Source: Actinomycetales bacterium
GTDB lineage: Bacteria > Actinomycetota > Actinomycetes > Actinomycetales > Microbacteriaceae
Length of the DNA stretch: 63,943 nt
Reading direction: 5' to 3'
Assembly (NCBI GenBank): GCA_015654575.1
Contig: JAATGR010000071.1
Span: forward strand, 1 to 63,943
In this document: piece by piece, positions 19,621-28,157 of the stretch
How positions within the stretch are numbered: the first letter of the stretch is position 1
How the letters are laid out: each line of letters opens with the position of its first letter
Notes under the pieces: generated by a model
The model's input: the letters and a program-made list of their open reading frames with translations, nothing else
Told to the model about the DNA's origin: nothing
The model's database searches: none
Made by a program: the position numbers and the translations under genes

Positions 19621-20910
19621 ATGCATGCTCGACGACGCGCTGCCGGAACGCTTCTCATCGGCGCGCTGCTGCTGGCCGGCTGCGCGGGAACGCCCACCGC
19701 CGGTACACCCGCTGTGGGCGGCGACAGTGGCGACGGGATCCCCGCCTCACCCGGCTGGGACCCCGAGACCCGGACGATCACGGTCGGCTCTCTCGTGCCG
19801 GTCTCGGGGGTCTTCACCGCCGCATATAGTCAGGTGCAGGGCGGGGAGGCCGCTTTCGCGCGGGCGACAGCGGCCGGCGGCCCGCTCGAGGGGTATACGG
19901 TCGACCTCGTCAACTTCGACTCCCAATACAACGCCTCGGTCGCTGTTCCGCTGTATCAGAGCAACAAGGACAACGTGCTGTTGTTCCAGAGCATCATCGG
20001 CGCTCCGATCGTGAACGCGCTGCTGCCAGCTCTGGAGGATGACGATATGCTCGCCGTCCCGGGATTGTCGACCGAGGATTTCGTCACCGATCCGAATATT
20101 CTCCCGTTCGGGCCAATCCAGCCGACATATGCCGCTGCAGCCGTCGACTACGCGTCTTCCGAGCTGGGGCTGGATGACGGCGTGTTCTGCTCGATGACCT
20201 CGGAGGACGAGTCGGGGGAAGCGTACCGGCGCGGGTTCCGTTTCGCTCTGGACGAGACGGGCCGCACCGCGGGCGCCGACGTCACCTACCCGGTGGGCGG
20301 CGAGGAGTTCACCTCGCAGGTCACGAAGCTCAAGAACGCCGGATGCGATCTCGTGTTTCTCACCGGCAGCGGCGCCGTCCTGCAGAACACAGCAGTCGAA
20401 GCCACGCAGCTGGACTTCCCGACCTCGTGGGTGGTCCCGGCATCCGCCATCTTGGCGACGACCTCGACTGGTCCGGCCGCGGACTACATCATCGACCACG
20501 TGCACGTGCTCATGACGGGGACCGAGTGGAATGGTACACAGGCGCCCGGTCAGCGGCAGATGCAGGATGATCTGGAGGCACTGTTCCCCGGGTACACGCC
20601 GTATGCGAACAGCTACCAGACTGGATACCTGTCGTCGACGGTCGTCATCGCGCTCCTGGAGCGCGCGATCGCCGACCGTGACCTATCGCGGGCGCACCTC
20701 GTCGAGCTCGCGGCCGAACTCGGGGATGTCGATGACCTCGGCATGGGTGGCGGCACGTTCCACTACGGACAGCAGCTATCGGATCGGCGGCCGAACACTG
20801 CGCTGTCGGTGTTCCGTGTCGACCCAGCGAGCCCGATCGGGCTCACGCTGCAGGAGTTCCAGTACGCGTCGCCGCTCGCGGATGCGTACAACCGCGCCAC
20901 GTTCGGCTGA
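19621..20910 (+). CDS. ABC transporter substrate-binding lipoprotein (Liv/HAAT type), copy 2, orphan
   Basis: Lipobox LAGC; colinear with 6201-7499 (LVPVSGVF, AGCD, DLSRA); no adjacent permease. Confidence 0.85.
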   Translation: MHARRRAAGTLLIGALLLAGCAGTPTAGTPAVGGDSGDGIPASPGWDPETRTITVGSLVPVSGVFTAAYSQVQGGEAAFARATAAGGPLEGYTVDLVNFDSQYNASVAVPLYQSNKDNVLLFQSIIGAPIVNALLPALEDDDMLAVPGLSTEDFVTDPNILPFGPIQPTYAAAAVDYASSELGLDDGVFCSMTSEDESGEAYRRGFRFALDETGRTAGADVTYPVGGEEFTSQVTKLKNAGCDLVFLTGSGAVLQNTAVEATQLDFPTSWVVPASAILATTSTGPAADYIIDHVHVLMTGTEWNGTQAPGQRQMQDDLEALFPGYTPYANSYQTGYLSSTVVIALLERAIADRDLSRAHLVELAAELGDVDDLGMGGGTFHYGQQLSDRRPNTALSVFRVDPASPIGLTLQEFQYASPLADAYNRATFG

Positions 20911-20940
20911 ATCCCGCCCCTGTTTCGGTCCGCCACCCAG

Positions 20941-20993
20941 AACCACTTTTGGCGTGAGCTCCCCTGCCGGGGTGGCTCACGCTAAAAGTGGTT
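20941..20993. repeat. Long palindrome (REP-like or bidirectional terminator) between convergent genes
   Basis: AACCACTTTTGGCGTGAGC / GCTCACGCTAAAAGTGGTT, 19-bp arms with one G-T pair. Confidence 0.7.
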
Positions 20994-21031
20994 TCACGCA
21001 GATATCGCGCGCCGGGCGCCGCCCTTGTCGC

Positions 21032-22612
21032 TCAGCGCCCGCCGCGTCCGGGCCAGACCCCATACCGTCCGGGCGAGAGGATGCCAGCGGGGTCCACGGC
21101 ATCCTTGATCTTCTCCACGAAGCGGCGATAGGCGTGATCGTTCCACGACATGTAGTCGGCGACCTCCTCCATGAAGTCGAGATGCGACCGGTACTCGCTG
21201 TAGCCGAGCGCGGCGAGCTCGGCGACGAGCGTGCGCGCAGTGTCGTAGGCGGCACGTGCCTCGGCCTCCTCACGCGGGTCGAAGTTGATCGCCGAGACGA
21301 CCACGCAGGTCCGCTCGTTGAGCAGCATGACACCGGCTTTATAGTTGAGGCCGGTGCGCTCCTCGGTCGTCGTGCGCACGGTGTTCACGACCGACATCAC
21401 TTGCTCGCCGAGCAGCGGCACGAGCGGGGCGATGCCGATGTGCGCGAAGCCGGCGCCCTTGTACTTGATGACGTCGAGATTAGGCACCCCCGCCGTGATG
21501 CGGCTCGAGATCGAGGGGATCTGCTCGTACTCATCGGATGCGTAGACGCCCTCGACCGTCATCCTCGCCCCGGGGATCCGCTCCCACGCGCGGCGGACAT
21601 TCTCGATCTGCAGCGCGACCTCGGCGCGGTCGCCCCAGAGCGCCGCGCGCATGTACCACCGCCCGAGGCCGGTGCGTTCGGCGATCTCATCGATCTCCTC
21701 CTCGCCGACCGCACCCTCTTCGGCGCGTCGTATCACGTCGGGCACGCCGGTCATCGTGGCGGCCATGAGCGTGCTGTAGAGGCAGGGCACCCCGCGCAGC
21801 TGGTTCTTCAACCGCAGCTCGCGCAGCACATTGACCGCTTCGGCCAGGTCGGCGTCGCGGGCGAGCGTCATGTGCAGCGGGGCGTATGCCTCGGGCGCCG
21901 GCATCAGCCACACACCCATCCGTACGACGATCCCGAGGTTGGACTGTGTGAACAGCGGGTCGAGGGCGGGGCCGACGCCGCGTTTGTAGAGGTGCCACGT
22001 GGGGTTGTCGGGCATGGCGCCCATGCCGGTGCGCAGCAGCGTGCCGTCGGCGAGCACGACCTCCATGCCGGTCGGAGCGAGGAAGTCGGCACCGTACGGC
22101 AGGTAGGTGACGCCGTTATCGAGCGAGTTGCCGATAACGCTGCCCCATCCGATGTCGGGCACCGAGAGCATCAGCCGTGAGCCGCGCCGCCGCAGCTCGT
22201 CGTAGAGGTCGAACCAGCGCACCCCCGGCTCGACGACCGCGAAGGCGAGGTCCTCGTCGATCTCGATGACGTGGTTCATCCGCCGCAGGCTGAGAGAGAT
22301 CGAGCCGCCCAGCCGGGGCGACGAGCCGCCGTAGCCGTTGTTGCGTCCCTGCGAGTGCGTCCACACCGGGATGCCGGTCTCATTCGCGAGCCGCACGATC
22401 TGCTGCACCTGCTCGGTGGAGGTGGGGTGGACGGCGACGGATGCCGTGTACGTGTCGTCCCCGGGGATCCAGTACGGGTCGCGCAGCGGCCAGTCGGGGT
22501 CGGCCATGAGGTCGTCCTCGAGGACGACGCCCTCGTCACCGACGATGGCGCGTAGCCGGTCGACGATCTCGGTGGTGAGCGCGGGGGCCGCGAGCGGCGG
22601 TGCATCGGTCAT
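21032..22612 (-). CDS. VAO/PCMH family 4-phenol oxidase, copy 2
   Basis: GRNNGYGG, PDIGWGSVIGN, AHIGIAP and EYRSH; RBS GAGGAGG before MTDAPP. Confidence 0.88.
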   Translation of the reverse strand: MTDAPPLAAPALTTEIVDRLRAIVGDEGVVLEDDLMADPDWPLRDPYWIPGDDTYTASVAVHPTSTEQVQQIVRLANETGIPVWTHSQGRNNGYGGSSPRLGGSISLSLRRMNHVIEIDEDLAFAVVEPGVRWFDLYDELRRRGSRLMLSVPDIGWGSVIGNSLDNGVTYLPYGADFLAPTGMEVVLADGTLLRTGMGAMPDNPTWHLYKRGVGPALDPLFTQSNLGIVVRMGVWLMPAPEAYAPLHMTLARDADLAEAVNVLRELRLKNQLRGVPCLYSTLMAATMTGVPDVIRRAEEGAVGEEEIDEIAERTGLGRWYMRAALWGDRAEVALQIENVRRAWERIPGARMTVEGVYASDEYEQIPSISSRITAGVPNLDVIKYKGAGFAHIGIAPLVPLLGEQVMSVVNTVRTTTEERTGLNYKAGVMLLNERTCVVVSAINFDPREEAEARAAYDTARTLVAELAALGYSEYRSHLDFMEEVADYMSWNDHAYRRFVEKIKDAVDPAGILSPGRYGVWPGRGGR

Positions 22613-22784
22613 GGGTGTCCTCCTCGACACGGGCGCCCGGCCGGTCGGACGGGCGACGACAGGATCATTCACACGATCGTTGCCCGTCGAGCATCGTGCA
22701 CAGAAGTATCGGGATGCCGCGTTCCCGTGCTATTTAAGTGGCATGGTCGCCGACGGAAGGGACATGATCGGGGAGGGGAGGGGC

Positions 22785-23753
22785 ATGGTCGGCGGAGGGG
22801 CGGGGGACCTCGACCTGGTCACGCGGGACACGACGCGGTGGCGCGCGCACTTCCCCTCGATTCGCGCGGGCGCGAGCTGGGTGGGCAGCGACCTCGAGAG
22901 CGACTTCGAGGGCCGTGTCGCACGCCGTGTCGTGGGCGACTCCAGCGTGAGCGTGCTCACGGTCCGCGGCCACGCGCACGCGATCGTGCGCACCTCGGCG
23001 CAGGTGGGCACCGTCCCCGATCCGTTCGTGCTCGCCGCGGTGCAGTTGTCCGGCACGAGCCGGCTCGAGACCGTCCGCGGCACGGCCTTGCTCCGCCCTG
23101 GCGACCACCTCGTCGCCACCTGGACCACCCCCTCGCGCTGGGCGTTCCCCGGTGAGTTCACCCTTTTCATCGCGCGGATGCCGGCGGAGCGCCTACGCGC
23201 TGCGCTCACCCTGCCCGACGCCCCCGTCGGACAGGTGCTCCCCGGCCGCGCCGGTGTCGGCGTCGCCCTCCTTCCCTTCGTCGCCTCCCTGGCCGAGAAC
23301 CTCGACCTGCTCCGCGGCCGCGGCGGACCGCGCGTGCTGGCCGCCGTCGCCGACCTGTTTAGCGCGAGCCTCGTGGCACGCGCGAGCGAAGAGGCTGGCC
23401 GCGGCATCCGGTCGGCACGGGCTGACACGTTCGACCGGGCGACCGCCTGGATCGACGGGCGTCCGCAGGATCCCGCTCTGGGGGTCGAGACGATCGCCGT
23501 CGGCCTCGCCGTCTCGCGACGCCACCTGCAGGCCGCGTTTGCCGAGCGCGGCGAGACCGTGACGGGGTGGATCCGTCGCCGCCGGCTCGAGGGCGCCGCC
23601 GCCGCCCTTGAGGATCCCGCCCTCGGGCACCGGTCGATCGAGGCTATCGCGCGCGAGTGGGGGTTCGCGCACGCCTCGTACTTCGCCCGGTCGTTCCGCG
23701 CGCAGTACGGCTGCACCCCGGGGGGATGGCGCCGCGGCGTCGTCTCACACTGA
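22785..23753 (+). CDS. AraC family regulator, copy 2 (start approximate)
   Basis: IEAIAREWGFAHASYFARSFRAQYGCTP; shares FEGRVARRVVGD with copy 1. Confidence 0.82.
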   Translation: MVGGGAGDLDLVTRDTTRWRAHFPSIRAGASWVGSDLESDFEGRVARRVVGDSSVSVLTVRGHAHAIVRTSAQVGTVPDPFVLAAVQLSGTSRLETVRGTALLRPGDHLVATWTTPSRWAFPGEFTLFIARMPAERLRAALTLPDAPVGQVLPGRAGVGVALLPFVASLAENLDLLRGRGGPRVLAAVADLFSASLVARASEEAGRGIRSARADTFDRATAWIDGRPQDPALGVETIAVGLAVSRRHLQAAFAERGETVTGWIRRRRLEGAAAALEDPALGHRSIEAIAREWGFAHASYFARSFRAQYGCTPGGWRRGVVSH

Positions 23754-23756
23754 GAC
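23742..23756. promoter_or_regulatory. Perfect operator palindrome upstream of the second LigD/LigO-like SDR
   Basis: cGTCTCAcacTGAGACg; CACGCT at 23780-23785. Confidence 0.7.
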
Positions 23757-23840
23757 GCCCCGCCTCTGCCGCGCCGGGGCACGCTGGGATGACGGCGCCC
23801 ACACCGATGCGGGCGCACCCCGGGTCGAGGAGGTCCCCGC

Positions 23841-24746
23841 GTGGAAGATGTCACCGGCAGGGTCGCGCTCATCACCGGCGGCGCCTCGGGCGTCGGCCTC
23901 GGCCAGGCGCGGGTGTTCGGTCGACTCGGATGTCGGGTCGCGATCGTCGACGTGCGCCAGGAGGCGCTCGACGAGGCCGAGGCAGCGCTGCGCGTGGAGG
24001 GCATCGATGTGCACGCGGTCGTGCTCGACATCCGTGACCGGGAGGCGTGGGCCGACGTGGTGGACGGGGTCGAGGAGCGGTTCGGCGACCCGGTCACGCT
24101 GTTGTTCAGTACCGCGGGCGTGAACGGGTTCGGCCCGCTCGAGAAGGCGAGCTACGCCGACTTCGACTGGATCCTCGGGGTCAACCTCGGCGGGGTCGTC
24201 AACGGCATCCAGACGGTGCTGCCCCGCATCCTCTCCGCCGGGCGCGGCGGCCATCTCGTCACGGTCGCGTCGATGGCGGGGTTCCAGGGCAGCGCGACCG
24301 CCGCCATCTACGCGGCGTCCAAGGCCGCGGTGATCACCCTCATGGAGAGCTACGCGCTGACCCTGCCCGCGCAGGGCGTAGGGGTCTCGCTGTTGTGCCC
24401 GGCGAGCGTGCGCACCGACATCGCCCGCGCCCTCGATCGGCGCCCGGCCGAGTTCGCCATGGAATCGAGCTTCACGGACGACCCGCGGTTCGTCTCGCTG
24501 CAGCAGCAGCTGTATGCCGGCGGCATGGACCCGATCGAACTCGCCGAGCACGTGCACGCGGCGATCGTGCACGACCGGTTCTGGGTGCTTCCGTTTACCG
24601 AGACCCGCGAGGGGCTGCGCGCGTACTTCGACAGCGTCCTGGCCGGATACGACGCCTTCGATACCGATCCCGCAGCGGCCGCCGGGCGCGCCGCGGCGTT
24701 CGCGCAGTACCGCGAGGCCGCGCGCCGGCTCGGTGACGCCCCCTGA
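23841..24746 (+). CDS. SDR resembling lignin C-alpha dehydrogenases LigD/LigO
   Basis: TGGASGVGLGQARVFG, STAGVNGFGPLEKASYADFDW, YAASK and DRFWVLPF; paralog of 11259-12176; RBS GAGGAGG. Confidence 0.78.
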   Translation: MEDVTGRVALITGGASGVGLGQARVFGRLGCRVAIVDVRQEALDEAEAALRVEGIDVHAVVLDIRDREAWADVVDGVEERFGDPVTLLFSTAGVNGFGPLEKASYADFDWILGVNLGGVVNGIQTVLPRILSAGRGGHLVTVASMAGFQGSATAAIYAASKAAVITLMESYALTLPAQGVGVSLLCPASVRTDIARALDRRPAEFAMESSFTDDPRFVSLQQQLYAGGMDPIELAEHVHAAIVHDRFWVLPFTETREGLRAYFDSVLAGYDAFDTDPAAAAGRAAAFAQYREAARRLGDAP

Positions 24747-24795
24747 ATCGCCCACCTCGAATCCCTGCCGACCCCGCATAACCGAAGGAGAGGCC

Positions 24796-25653
24796 ATGCC
24801 CGTCACCTCGCTCACCGACATCGTCCACCGATCGTTCGCCGAGCGCTACGGCGTCCCCGCGATCAACGTGTTCAACGACCTCACCCTCGAGGGCGTGCTC
24901 GCCGGTGCCGTGGCGGCAGCGTCGCCGGTAATCGTCCAGACCTCGGTGAAGACGGTCAGGAGCGTGGGGGCCGGGTTCATCAAGGCGATGTGGGACGAGC
25001 TGACGCGTGACATCCCCGTTCCCGTCGCGCTGCACCTGGATCACTGCCCTGACCGGGCAGTGATCACCGAGTGTCTGAAGCATGGGTGGAATTCCGTGCT
25101 CTTCGATGCGTCCGAACTGCCGGTCGCCGAGAACCAACGCCAGACCATCGAGGTCGTCGCCGAGGCCCGGCGCTACGGCGCCCAGGTGGAGGGTGAGATC
25201 GAGTCGATCACGGGCGTCGAAGATGACCACGGCTCCGACGAGGAGAGCATGCGGCAGAGCCTGGAGGTTCAGCTCGCGTTCCTGCACGAGACGGGGGTGG
25301 ATGTCTTCGCCCCGGCGATCGGTAACGCTCACGGCAGCTACAAGACCGCCCCGGTGCTGGATGCCGAGCGCATCACGCAAATCGTCCAAGCACACCCCGT
25401 GCCGATCGCTCTGCACGGCGGCAGCGGGCTGAGCGATGCGCAGTTCCGTGACCTTATCTCCCGAGGCTGCGCGAAGATCAACATCTCGACCGCGCTGAAA
25501 GAGCGATTCATGCAGAGCGAGCTCGCCTTTCTTGAGCAGGCGCGCGCGCAGGGCACCTGGGACCCGCCCTCGCTGTTCCGCGACACCCGACAGGACGTCA
25601 TCGACCTCGTTGTGCACCTGGCTGAGGTCTTCGGCAGTGCGGGGAAGGCCTGA
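24796..25653 (+). CDS. Class II fructose-bisphosphate aldolase family protein
   Basis: ALHLDH, SVLFDAS, VEGEI, AIGNAHG, LHGGSG and KINIST. Confidence 0.88.
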   Translation: MPVTSLTDIVHRSFAERYGVPAINVFNDLTLEGVLAGAVAAASPVIVQTSVKTVRSVGAGFIKAMWDELTRDIPVPVALHLDHCPDRAVITECLKHGWNSVLFDASELPVAENQRQTIEVVAEARRYGAQVEGEIESITGVEDDHGSDEESMRQSLEVQLAFLHETGVDVFAPAIGNAHGSYKTAPVLDAERITQIVQAHPVPIALHGGSGLSDAQFRDLISRGCAKINISTALKERFMQSELAFLEQARAQGTWDPPSLFRDTRQDVIDLVVHLAEVFGSAGKA

Positions 25654-25654
25654 G

Positions 25655-26395
25655 ATGCCCGCGCTCATCTTCGATTGCGACGGCGTGCTCGCCGACACAG
25701 AGATGAACGGGCACCTGCCGGCGTTCAACCAGACCTTTCGCGAGTTCGGTGTGCCGGTCGAATGGTCGAGCGCCGAGTACGGCGAGAAGGTGAAGATCGG
25801 TGGCGGCAAGGAACGGATGCGCAGCGAGTTCACCCCCGCGCTCGCCGCTCGCTGGGCCGGCTATCCCGTTGACACGCAGGCGGTCGACGAACTCGTGCTC
25901 GCGATGCACCGTCGTAAGACGCAGATCTATAAAGACCTGATCGACAGCGGGCGCATCGACCCGCGACCCGGGGTCGGCCGTGTGGCGGCCGAAGCGGATG
26001 CCGCGGGCTGGCAGCTTGCCGTCGCCTCCACCTCGGCTGAGTCGTCCGTGCGGGTGGTGCTGCGCCGGGCGGTCGGCGACGACCTCGCCACCCGCGTCGC
26101 CGTGTTCGCCGGAGATATCGTGGCGCGCAAGAAACCCGCCCCCGACATCTATCTGCTCGCGCTCGAACGCCTCGGTATCTCCGCCGATGCTGTTGTCGTC
26201 GTCGAAGACAGTGGCATCGGGCTGCGGGCCGCGCGCGGGGCGGGCCTGTCGACGATCATCACAATGAGCGCCTACACGAGCGGCGAGGACTTCACTGGCG
26301 CCTCGCTCGTGTTGTCGAACTTGCGCGACATCACCCTGGCGGATATCGAGAAGGTGCGCACGGCCGGCGTTCCCGAGGACACGGAGGAATCATGA
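25655..26395 (+). CDS. HAD-IA hydrolase (CbbY-like sugar phosphatase)
   Basis: FDCDGVLADTE, IGGGKERM, KKPAPDIY and VEDSGIG. Confidence 0.85.
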   Translation: MPALIFDCDGVLADTEMNGHLPAFNQTFREFGVPVEWSSAEYGEKVKIGGGKERMRSEFTPALAARWAGYPVDTQAVDELVLAMHRRKTQIYKDLIDSGRIDPRPGVGRVAAEADAAGWQLAVASTSAESSVRVVLRRAVGDDLATRVAVFAGDIVARKKPAPDIYLLALERLGISADAVVVVEDSGIGLRAARGAGLSTIITMSAYTSGEDFTGASLVLSNLRDITLADIEKVRTAGVPEDTEES

Positions 26396-27042
26396 GCTCG
26401 GCAGCGGTGGCCACCACCCGATTCACCCTCGCGGCGATTGGAGCGACGGTCGTCGAGAACGAGACTTACTTCGGCGAACTAGATGCTGTCGTCGGCGACG
26501 GCGACTTCGGATTCTCGCTCGCGCGCGGTTTCGAGCGGGTGTTGGAAGACCTGCCCGGCTACCCCGATGAAAGCTCGGCGGCGCTGCTTCAGGCGGCTGC
26601 TATGACGATCTCGAGTCGTATCGGAGGCACGTCCGGGCCCATCTGGGGCACCGCATTCCTGCGTGCGGCGACGACCGCGAAGGGCGCCGACAACCTTGAC
26701 CCAGCGCGCGTGGTCGCGATGCTCCGCGCGGCGATCGCGGGAATAATGACACGCGGCAAGGCGGAGGTCGGCGACAAGACACTGCTGGATGCCCTCGTGC
26801 CAGCCACCGATGCGCTTGAGGTCGCGGTGGCCGCCGGCGAGTCGGACTCCCAGGTGCTGCTCGACGGTTTCGCCGCCGCGCTGCGGCAGGCGGCCGAGAA
26901 GACGAGCGAACTGCAGGCCATGCGTGGGCGCGCCAGCTACTCGGGGGTGCGCAGCATCGGGTCTCCGGATGCTGGCGCTGTCGCCCTCGCTGTCATCGCC
27001 GAACGCCTCGCCGAACAATGGTCGGCCCGACCGGCTGAATGA
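26392..27042 (+). CDS. dhaL: Dihydroxyacetone kinase subunit L
   Basis: LDAVVGDGDFG, GGTSGP, GDKTLLDAL, GRASY and PDAGA. Confidence 0.9.
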   Translation: MSSAAVATTRFTLAAIGATVVENETYFGELDAVVGDGDFGFSLARGFERVLEDLPGYPDESSAALLQAAAMTISSRIGGTSGPIWGTAFLRAATTAKGADNLDPARVVAMLRAAIAGIMTRGKAEVGDKTLLDALVPATDALEVAVAAGESDSQVLLDGFAAALRQAAEKTSELQAMRGRASYSGVRSIGSPDAGAVALAVIAERLAEQWSARPAE

Positions 27043-27079
27043 TGCATCCCTGTAATCCCAGACATTGGAAGGAACCATC

Positions 27080-28075
27080 GTGAAGAAGTTCGTCAACGAT
27101 CCCAAGGATTTCGTCGCGGAGATGCTCCAGGGACTCGCCCTCGCAAACCCCGACACGCTCGTGTACGTGCCCGAATGCAACCTCATCCATCGCGCGGATG
27201 CGCCCCGTGCCGACCGGGTCAGCGTCATTCAGGGCTCGGGTTCGGGGCATGAGCCGGCGCACGTGTTGACGGTGGGACCGGGGATGCTCACCGCCGCGTG
27301 CCCGGGTGATGTGTTCGCCGCCCCGCCTGTGGACTACGTGATCGAGACCATACGTCGTCTCGCCTCGCCACGAGGAGTGCTGCTACTTGTAAACAACTAT
27401 ACGGGCGACCGTATGGCATTCGAGATGGCACAGGAGCTAGCCGAGGCCGAGGGGATCGAGGTGCGCACGCTCTTCGTCGACGACGATGTGGCCGTGCAGG
27501 ATTCGCTCTACACGGTGGGCCGACGTGGTGTTGCAGGCAACTTCTTCGTCATGAAGGCGGTGGGGGCAGCCGCTGAGGCAGGCGCGTCCCTGGACGAGTT
27601 GGTCCGTATTGGCGAGAAGGTCAACGCGGCTACTCGCACGATGGGCGTCGCCCTGACCGCGTGCACGCCGCCGGCCAAGGGAACGCCTCTTTTCGAACTC
27701 GGCGATGACGAGATCGAGTTCGGCGTCGGCATCCACGGCGAACCGGGACGCGAGCGTCGTGTGATCGCGTCGGCCGACGAACTCGTTGGCGACCTCGTCG
27801 CGGCGGTCGCCACCGACCTCGCGGTCACCGCGGGAGATCGGTTCGCGCTCATGATCAACGGGCTGGGTGGCACGCCGATCTCTGAGCTGTACCTCGCTTA
27901 CGGGATCGCGCATCGGCTGCTGACCAACCGCGGCGCGGCGATCGCACGCTCGTACGTCGGCGAGTACTGTACATCACTCGACATGGCGGGGCTGTCGGTG
28001 ACGATCGTGCGGCTCGACCACGAGATCACTGAGCTACTTGCGGCGCCCGCGGAGATCGCGGTGCGGGTTTTCTGA
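27080..28075 (+). CDS. dhaK: Dihydroxyacetone kinase subunit K
   Basis: GSGHEPAH, NYTGD, GRRGVAG, GVGIHGEPG and TSLDMAG. Confidence 0.92.
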   Translation: MKKFVNDPKDFVAEMLQGLALANPDTLVYVPECNLIHRADAPRADRVSVIQGSGSGHEPAHVLTVGPGMLTAACPGDVFAAPPVDYVIETIRRLASPRGVLLLVNNYTGDRMAFEMAQELAEAEGIEVRTLFVDDDVAVQDSLYTVGRRGVAGNFFVMKAVGAAAEAGASLDELVRIGEKVNAATRTMGVALTACTPPAKGTPLFELGDDEIEFGVGIHGEPGRERRVIASADELVGDLVAAVATDLAVTAGDRFALMINGLGGTPISELYLAYGIAHRLLTNRGAAIARSYVGEYCTSLDMAGLSVTIVRLDHEITELLAAPAEIAVRVF

Positions 28076-28157
28076 CGGGTGATCTAACGCATCTGTTCCG
28101 TTCGTCAGCGACTCGGAGCGCCTAAGTCTTCTGCGGCGGGGCTGGATCGCTGACTCA

